Below the pieces are notes generated by a model. That model searched no databases, was not told the origin of the DNA, and was given only the letters and a program-made list of their open reading frames with translations. Both the position numbers and the translations under genes were made by a program. A stretch of 64,000 nt of DNA from positions 39,680,001 to 39,744,000 of the forward strand of contig CM052823.1 of NCBI GenBank assembly GCA_028534125.1, written 5' to 3'. The stretch is from Lama glama. Taxonomy: Eukaryota. This document shows positions 35,901-44,900 of the stretch, piece by piece (positions within the stretch are counted from its first letter, which is position 1; every line of letters begins with the position of its first letter).

Positions 35901-38900
35901 GAAGTTGACCCCCATCATTGATCCGTGCTCACGAAGGCCGTGGAGGAGCGGAGACTGAGTGCAGGGAGGTCACACTGTTCTTCCCTCCCTCTCTTCCTCC
36001 CTCCCTCCCTGTCCCCGTCCCTGACCACTGCAGATGTTGACGAATGCTCGGAGAACAGATGTCACCCCTCGGCGACCTGCTCCAACACCCCTGGCTCCTT
36101 CTCCTGCCACTGCCAACCTGGATATCATGGGGATGGATTTCAGTGCACACCTGGTAAGGTTGGGTGGGCCAGATTAAACACAGAAAACTCCCTGCTCCCT
36201 CAGTGCCCCTTTTCTGCAGCATGTCAGCCCACTCTTGATTTATCTGGGTCCAAGGCTTTAGTCGGTGGATTTTTCCAGGCTCTGATTTTTTTTCCTGTTT
36301 TTTTTTTTTTTTTGGACTGCCTAGTTTACTGATAGTTCACTGGTTAGAATATTCTGGAGGATGACCCATCCATCGTCCTACCTAGTAGCAGTTCTGGTTA
36401 ATTGCCTTAGTGATCTGTTTTGCCTCGGTAAGTATACTTTCGATGAAGGCTTGAGACCAAGCGTATAGGGAGAAATTAGGTAAATAGTGGCAGGACTAAG
36501 AAAGGAACCCAGGATTCCAAAATCCCAGTGCCTAGCCATTTCCCCCATATTATCCTATCTTCCAATTATAGGGGAAAAAAAGAGAAAAAAACCCTCAGGA
36601 GACTTTGAGGCTGGCTGGTAAAAGTGGATGGGTTGCAATGCCTTTTCTTCCTCCTTTTTATCTCCTCTGCTCTGGTCCCGGAAGACCCCACCTCAGGACT
36701 GAAGCCCTGTGAGCACCAGCAGCGTGATGCCCAGGCTCAGCGCACCCATCCCGGGGCTCTGCTCCACGTCCCACAATGTGATGAGCAAGGTCATTTCCTG
36801 CCACTGCAGTGTCATGGCAGCACGGGCTTCTGCTGGTGCGTGGACCCAGATGGTCGTGAAATCCCTGGCACCCGGACTCCTCCCGGCTCCGTCCCACCTC
36901 GCTGTGGACCACCAGGTGAGCCAGTCAGGAAAGACACCTAGTCCCAGCTTCTGCCTGGGATGGAGAAGCAGGATGGTGCTGACCACCAGGTAGGTTATAA
37001 CCCCTGCCCAGACCACGCAGACTCAGGGCTGATCACCATCCCTGCATAGCTTCCTACCTCCTAGGAACACTTGAATGGTATGCGTACACCTGTGTGCACA
37101 TTCATGTTACCGGGACATAGAGACACGTGCATGACATACATGATCACTTACACGTCGGACTCCAGCCTCTTTGACCTTTGTTGAGTCCAAGACTAAAAGT
37201 TGAGACTGAGTGTGTAGGTCAGGCTGAGGCCACTCCCAAATCTGCTTTGGCAGCTTAGGGAGATCTTAGAGCTAGACGATCTTGCCAGACCAGCCTTTGG
37301 TCCAGAAGGAAAACTGCCTTCCATATCAGTTTACATCACTTAACTCTGACTTCTGAACTGCAGCAAGCAGCCTGAAGGCTGTTTAAATATCAATAGGAAA
37401 AAACAAGCACGACACTTAGGGTGGAGCCAGCTGCTTGGCTCTAAGCTGGTAACCCCAGCCCTCTCTAGGCAGACCCAGCATGTCCATGGGGAGTCACACT
37501 TGCCCCTGCCACCTTCAGAAGAGGGGCAGGCACCTGTTTTGTTAGTCTGAGCAATCTGAGATGCTGACAAACTTGTCTGTTACCGTCTGTGCATGCCCAG
37601 TCTGTGCGGGGCATGGTTATCCAGTGCTCGCAGCTGATACCAACTGCAGGTTGCTAAGGCAGGCTTCTGCTCCTTGCTGAGTTCAGAGATGGGAAGACCT
37701 TTATTATGAAGAACATGGGATTGGTTTGATGATATTTTAGCCAAAATAATTCCTACACGTATCCACCAGCTTGCTATTCAAAGATCTATTTTTACCACTG
37801 AGAAGGGTTCCATAATTACTAGTCTTGGCTTTTAATGTATGAGAGCAAGAACTGAAGAATAACCCCCCCCCCATTTTGTTCCTTTCAGTAATATTAATTA
37901 TTACGGCCCGGATATTAGTTGCTCTAAGATTCATGTAAGTAAAATCGGTAATGCCTGATTGAGACGTATATGGTATCTGTCCCCTTGCTTCCACAGTGCA
38001 GCCTAGTTCCTCTCTGCCCCAACTTCTAGGAAAAGGTTTCGTAGGTCTTTAAAAAAAAAGGGGGGGCGGGGGATACAGAAATTCTGTTTCACTCATGCCT
38101 ACTTTTTAAAAAGTCTTAGTTCTAACTCCAGTTGGAATGTGAAGAAATCAGATGGTTGGGAGAAATCTTAAGGGAATGGTTCAGAATTCTATTAAAGTTA
38201 TTAAGACAGGCATGTGTTAAGGACAGTGATCCAGAAGAGAGCACAGAGAATGAGAAATTAATTACTAAAAGAGGGACATGTTCCTTTGTGCAGACTCGTT
38301 CCCATGGCTCAGGCTTCCATCTTAACGCTGCCATTTCTGACTAGTCTCATCTGCATAATGGGCTCAGCACAGAGTGTTCTGTGCCCCAAAGTTAAAAATA
38401 TTTAAAACCCTGCCAACCAGAAAGAGAAGAGAAAGAAATCCATGGTTGAATTAAGAAGTAGCTTCAAATAGTGAGGAATGAGAGGGATGCCCACGTATAT
38501 AAGTGATGTGAGTTCCCGCCTCCCAGAAGCTGGCTGGGCTGTGTGTTGTATTCCAAACAAAGACATGGGCCTCGTTGGGTGGTCCCCTGAACCAAGAATG
38601 GATCTTCCGAGTTGGGAATGTGGACCTGGGGCCGTGCTGGGAACATCTCCAGGGAACCCCACCTTGCGATGGATGGCAAGTGTTTGAGGAAGTGGCATTT
38701 CCTTCTCTGGGTCCTTTGAGACACATCTGGGTGAGGAAGTCAGTCTTTCCTTCTCCATGATGTTTGAAAAAGAGCTTTGCTTCCCGTGGGTCATTAGCTA
38801 CCTGAATGAAGGGCACTGGCTTCCCCCAACATGGTGAGTCTTGGAGTTGGGCTAGTTGGGTTTGAGCTCTGAGGACTTTATTCACCATTTTCTTACTTTC

Positions 38901-41900
38901 CTTGAGGAACTGTAGGTGCTGGAGCCCAAATGGAATCTTTCCAACTGTTCTTTGAAGCCATTGGAAGCTTTGCCCAAAGAAGAGATCTGAAGTGACTTTT
39001 TTTAAGGGGCTCTTTCTGGCTGCCAGTTGAGTCTAGACCAAGAGGCAGGAATGATAATGGAAGCAGGGAAACCAGTGCGAAGGTTCTTGTAGTCATCCTG
39101 GCGCAAAACGACAGGGTGGATGCAGGGAGAAGTGAACGTACGCTGAGTGTATTTTGAAGGCAGAGCTGACAGTTTGGACATATGTGGGGAGTGAGAGAAA
39201 GAAACGAGTCACGGATGACTGGGCCTGAGCAATGGAAAGATGGAGGTGCTGCTTACTGAGATGGAAGAGTCTAGGGGAGAGCAGCTTTGATGGAGGAAAG
39301 CCTGGTTTTTGTTAGAGATCTCTGTTACACATCCAAGTGGCGGTTATAAGCAGGTACTCGGCTCTTTGATGCCACAGACCATAGGCTTTGAGTTGCAGGA
39401 ATTAGTAAAGGAGGAGCCCTATCTATTTCAGCTCCTTTAGGTGATCCTATCTTAGGACAGTGTACAAGTTATTTAACAGCCTGCAGCAGCGTCCTCTGAG
39501 GCAGGACTGCTGTGTGTGGGACAGAACCTTGGCAGTCCTGCGGAAGCAGTCTGGGAGGAAATGCAGGTAGAAAAACTGCTCTGCATGGGAAGCCAACAAG
39601 AGCTTAAGCACAATGGTGAGCTGGGAGGGAGGGGAGGATGGGCTAGGATGCTGGAGAAAGGATGTGGGCAAGGATGCTGGAGAAAGGATGTGGCAGAGCA
39701 ACATGGTGGGAAGCTGGAGAAGGTTCGGCTTTAAGATAGTCACAGAGCAGGGTGGCCAAAGGACCTCTAGGAGCTGGAGTGTCTCTCAGTCAGTATCAAG
39801 GTGTTTGCCACCGTCTCTGCTATGCTCACACATACTAATTATACGAAGATTTACTCAGTATAGTTTTCCAAAGGACGGATACTTAGGGCCACCTAAGTAG
39901 GGCATTCAGTAATACTTTCTAAGACACATGGGCTGGTCTCAAGATAATCCTCTTAGACACAGCTCCCGGAGTCTGAAGCAGGTGGGAAAGAATCAGTATT
40001 GGCTTTAAGCATCATGTAGGCCACTGAGTCCCCAAGGAGAGTCCCCGCAAGCGCTGTCAGCAGAGGCCCCTTCCCTGGCTGAGTGAGCCCTGCGCCCCAG
40101 CTGTTACCTCCTCCTGTTCTTTCCTGCCGTGGCTGGGCCTCGCTGACAGTCTTCTGGCCCGGGGAGACCGGAGCACCAGGAGGGCCCCCTCTCCTGGTTC
40201 CTGTGGTGAACTTCTTAGAGCACTTTGCAGTTCAGGTCCAGCATCCAGGGCCTTGGCTGAGGCCATGCTCATGGACCTTGGGAGGAAGAAGGCCAGGGGA
40301 CCAGGTGTGGGGATCTTGAGCGACATGCTATGTTCTGTCCCTGGCCCACAGTCAAAGGCTTTCTGTCCCTATCTGCTCAGAGCCCACCCAGAGGCCCCGG
40401 ACCATCTGTGAGCGCTGGAGGGAAAGCCTGCTGGAGCACTATGGCGGCACACCCAGGGATGACCAGTACGTGCCCCAGTGTGATGACCTGGGCCACTTCA
40501 CCCCGCTGCAGTGCCATGGGAAGAGTGACTTCTGCTGGTGCGTGGACAAAGACGGCAGAGAGGTGCAGGGCACCCGCTCCCAGCCTGGCACCACCCCCGC
40601 ATGTAAGCACCCGGGGAGAGCCCTCACTCACCTCCGCTGCATCTGAGGTGTTCCTGCGGGCAAGCTGCCAGCCGTCAGGGAAGAGGGGGAAATAAAGGGT
40701 GGCAGGTCCAGTGGAAGAAGTCACTAATACACTATGCTGATTTATAATCTGGTCCACCCACAATCCCAATTTGGACTTAGTGTCTGGTATTTTCATCAGC
40801 AGTTTCTGTAATTGGAACATCTGGGACTCAGCTCAATATGCAGTTCCTCCTCCAACCCCGTGTCCAGGGTGAAAAGGGACACGTGTCACCCTGGGGCCCC
40901 AAAAAGAAGCTGACACAATACTGGCTCTGATTTTTTCCCTTAAAAAAAAAAAGAAAAAAACTTCCTGCTTTGTTCTGAGGGACATGTTTTGTTGTCTTCC
41001 TCCTGGGTAATTGGCAGTGATTTACATAATTGGTCTTGGGAAAAAAACCCCAGAAATTAGAATTTCTTTTAAGGAACATCTGGAGCACATCTGTCCAGGG
41101 TAAAGAACTTTTGATGTTTCTGGAGGCTCTGGTATGTGGGAAAGTTGACTTTTCTCCCCTCTCCCCTCCCACCCTTGTCCCTCCCCTTTCTCACTGCAGG
41201 TATCCCCACGGTCGCTCCCCCCACAGTCCGGCCCACACCCCGGCCTGACGTTGCCCCTCCACCTGTGGGCACCTTCCTGCTCTACGCTCAGGGCCAGCAA
41301 ATTGGCCACTTGCCCCTCAATGGTACCCGGCTTCAGAAGGACACAGCCAAGACCCTGCTGTCACTGCATGTAAAGTGGATTTCTCCGCTGGGGGCCAGGG
41401 TGGCCTGGATTTGGGGAACGGCCTGGGGTGGAGAAGTGGGGGGGGAGTCCTGGAGGGTTTTGGGACTGCAGTCTCTTCGTGAGCCTGACACACAGAGTGG
41501 AGGTGCTCTCTGCTGCCGGGAGTCATGCTTGCCTGACACCACTTTCTCCGATGGGTTCCTGGGTTTCAGATATATGGAAAGGGACTGAGAGTTGTCAGGA
41601 TATTGAGGCAGCACAGAGATTCCAGGGAAAATGATAGGTTAACCCGAGTCCCCAGCCTTCTCTCTGCCATAGACATCCCTGCAGAGATCCTGGAAGTCAG
41701 TTAACACCAGCTTCATTGTGGCAGCCCCTCCCTTCCCCTCCCACGTGGTTCTGTTCACCAGCATCTTTTCTGATCTTCCCTGACTCCTCCATAGATAAAA
41801 ACTGGGGGAGCATGTGATGCTGGGAAAGCAGTGGACAGGGTTTTTCCCAGGGGATGCTGGATGCTTCCTGAGCCAGCAGTCTCCCTACGGTCAAGGCACC

Positions 41901-44900
41901 CCATTCTGGAGGAGGGATTTCTTCTCTAAAATGGAGAAGAGACGGGAGCTCACAAGAAGCACACTGACACTTACAATGGAACATCATCTAATTCCATTTC
42001 TGAACTTCCCACGCTCCAGGTACTTGCTCATCTATGAGAACGAACGTTAGTGTCCATGTTTACATCTACTCCCGTTAACGAACAGCCCCTTATCCAGTTC
42101 CAGAAAAGTTTAGAGGTAGCCAGTGTTCAGAAAAAGATGTGGGGTGTGGGTTTTTCTTCATCCTTTTAAAGATTTAAATTGGGTATGTGTGTTTGCCAAC
42201 ACTAGCGCTGTTTTCTAAGTTTTTCTAAAAGAAAATTGTCATCACCTCAAGCTAACCATCTATTCTAGTCAAGTCAGATGGCTTCACTGCATTTCTGAAC
42301 TTGCCTCTGATGAGGTGGTAGTGGTGGAACTGAAAAAGAAATGGAATATGGGTTATAAGAGTATCTTAGGGAAATTTAAATTGGGACTTCTGCCTCCAAG
42401 AAACCTTGAAATCCCTGGGTTAATGGAAGCCCATGTGGATGTGCACCCTTGCCTGACACAGATGACTTCTAAATTTTCAAGTAAAATTATACTTAACCTT
42501 CAGGTCCTCCCATATAAACTGCCCACTTTTCCACAGGAGCCTAATCCTGCTTGTTTCTTGTACAGACTCCTCTCCCAGAGGCAGTACCAGGAGGCTTTGT
42601 TAGGCAAGCGAGGAGCTGCCATGACCTCAGGGACAGCCAGATGGCCCCTCAATGTTGGCTCGCACATCTGCTGGGCTTCTCAGAATGGGAGTCTGGGTTG
42701 GCAGTTGAATGAAGCAATTTCTGTGCAGAGTTTGAGAGGACTATCACAGACTCAACATTTTAAAAAAGACTTTGCCATTTATTTGGCAATAAGGAAGGAC
42801 AGGAGACCTCCCCGGCCAGGGGTCAGGTGACCACCATTCCTCAGTTCCTTAACCCATCAAACAGCAGACTTTCTTTTAAGAGTACAAAGAATTGCTTTGC
42901 AGTAAGACGCAGAGATGGGGGTAGGGGTGACGGCACCTCAGGTAGCAGAAAGATCTCATAGTCAAAGGAGGGGGGAGGATTTTGTTGTGTTGGCAAATTT
43001 CAGAAAGGCTTTTTCAAAAAGTACTGGTAACATTTGAGAGTCAGTTTTTGCCCAGTGGGATATTAAGAACCTACTTTGCTGAGACTAACATCTGTCCTCT
43101 AATCACTAAAGGGGCTGATATTTCCACAAAATGGCTTTTGTTTTTACCACCAACAAAAAAAGTGCTTACTGAGAGCTTACAGTATACTAATTACTGGTTA
43201 GGATACTTCCTAAGCATTCATGGCATACATTTTTATAGCAGCCACATGAAGTAGATACTGTTACCTTCATGTGGCAATTGAGGAGACAAAGGCATATGGA
43301 GGTTAAGTACCAACGTCACATAGCTAGTAAGTGGCCAAGCCTGGTAATGGCCCCAGGAAATTGGCCTCCATCACCCACACACCTAACCACTGTGCACAGA
43401 TGCCCATAAATCCACACCTTGCAGGGTTGTTTGCTGTAGCCACGCATGAGTGAGGGAGCTGAGTGTGAACTTGGGGGTCATGCAAGCTGTCCTGATTCTT
43501 CTAATTCTGTGTTCTGTCACCAAGGGCTCCATCGTTGTGGGAATTGACTACGACTGCCGGGAGAGGATGGTGTACTGGACGGACGTTGCTGGACGGACAA
43601 TTAGCCGTGCCAGTTTGGAAGCAGGAGCGGAACCCGAGACCATCATTAACTCAGGTCAGCAGCTTCACCCCGAGGACACTTCCTGTTTCATTTCATTCTA
43701 TGAAGTCCAAGTTATTTGCCTGTTTTATGCCAAAGTCTATTTTTATCCAGTGGGGCAGTTCTGTTCAAGTCACTTTACTGAGCTGTACAATCTCTAAACC
43801 TGCACACTCACACGTGAACAGGAAGGCGAGCCTTCTTGATGGGGCTCTCGGTACAAAGGGCTCGCTGTAGGAATTCAGGGTGTGGCCATGGCTGATGCTG
43901 CCTGTCACTCCCCCCCGCCCAGTGCCCTCAGGCTGGTAGTCTGGTTAGACTGGAGGAAACGAGAGCTGGCAGAAAAAGTAATAAAGGATCTGCTCCCCTA
44001 CTGACCTGGTTTCTGCAACTTAAGGACTCGCAGAACTCTTTCTTTCCTTTTCCAACCGTTCAGAGTTGGTCTCTGCTTCTGGCTCACCTTTCACAGCTGC
44101 CAGTGCTCTAGTCCTGCCTTTGTTATATTTCCAGGTCTGATGAGCCCCGAAGGACTTGCCATCGACCACTTCCGTAGAACGATGTACTGGACGGACAGCG
44201 GCCTGGATAAGATAGAGAGGGCCAAGCTGGACGGCTCTGAGCGCAGGGCCCTTTTCCACACGGACCTGGTGAACCCCCGCGCCATCGCTGTGGATCCAAT
44301 CCGAGGGTCGGCTGGGCTTCCCTCATTCTCCTATTACCTGTAGATCCTCATTTGAAGCCCTCGGATTCTAAGTACAGTGTAGGGAGGGTCAGAAGGGGAG
44401 CATACAAGTTCAGATGTGTTAATGACAGTATTTACTGAGGAACTACTAGGTGTCAGGCACCGTTCTGGGCAGACACGGTGTATTCTTTCATGGCGCTTAC
44501 GTTCTACTAGGAGGAAACAAGATAGTAAACCCATGAATATGCAAGGAACTTCATGAAGCCTATGTTGTGATGTGCAGAGAATTCAGAGTATGTGAGGGAC
44601 TGGGGGCTACTCTGGATCAGATGACCAGGCAAGGCCCGAGACAACAGTGAAAGTGGAATTGAGTGCGTCTCTCTCCTTCAGCAGCAGGAAATCCCAGTGT
44701 TAGAATCTCAGTAAGGTTACCCTGCCTTAAACAGTGACTGAGTAACCAAAACTCAGACATCAGGCGTGTCATTTCTCTGGCCTTGTTGTTGCTGTGGCAA
44801 CAGTCCAGAGAACAATGTTTCCTGTTTGGTAACTGCTGAGATCAGCTGGGACATAGAGCTTGGTCAGTGTTTCAGTACTTGTTAGAACCAGGGAGGATGT

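Noticed and set aside
36624-36641. In-frame D-G-L-Q-C just before the exon 14 pyrimidine tract, echoing D-G-F-Q-C at the end of exon 13
   Set aside because: Only 15 nt with several mismatches and no flanking similarity to exon 13; likely coincidence.
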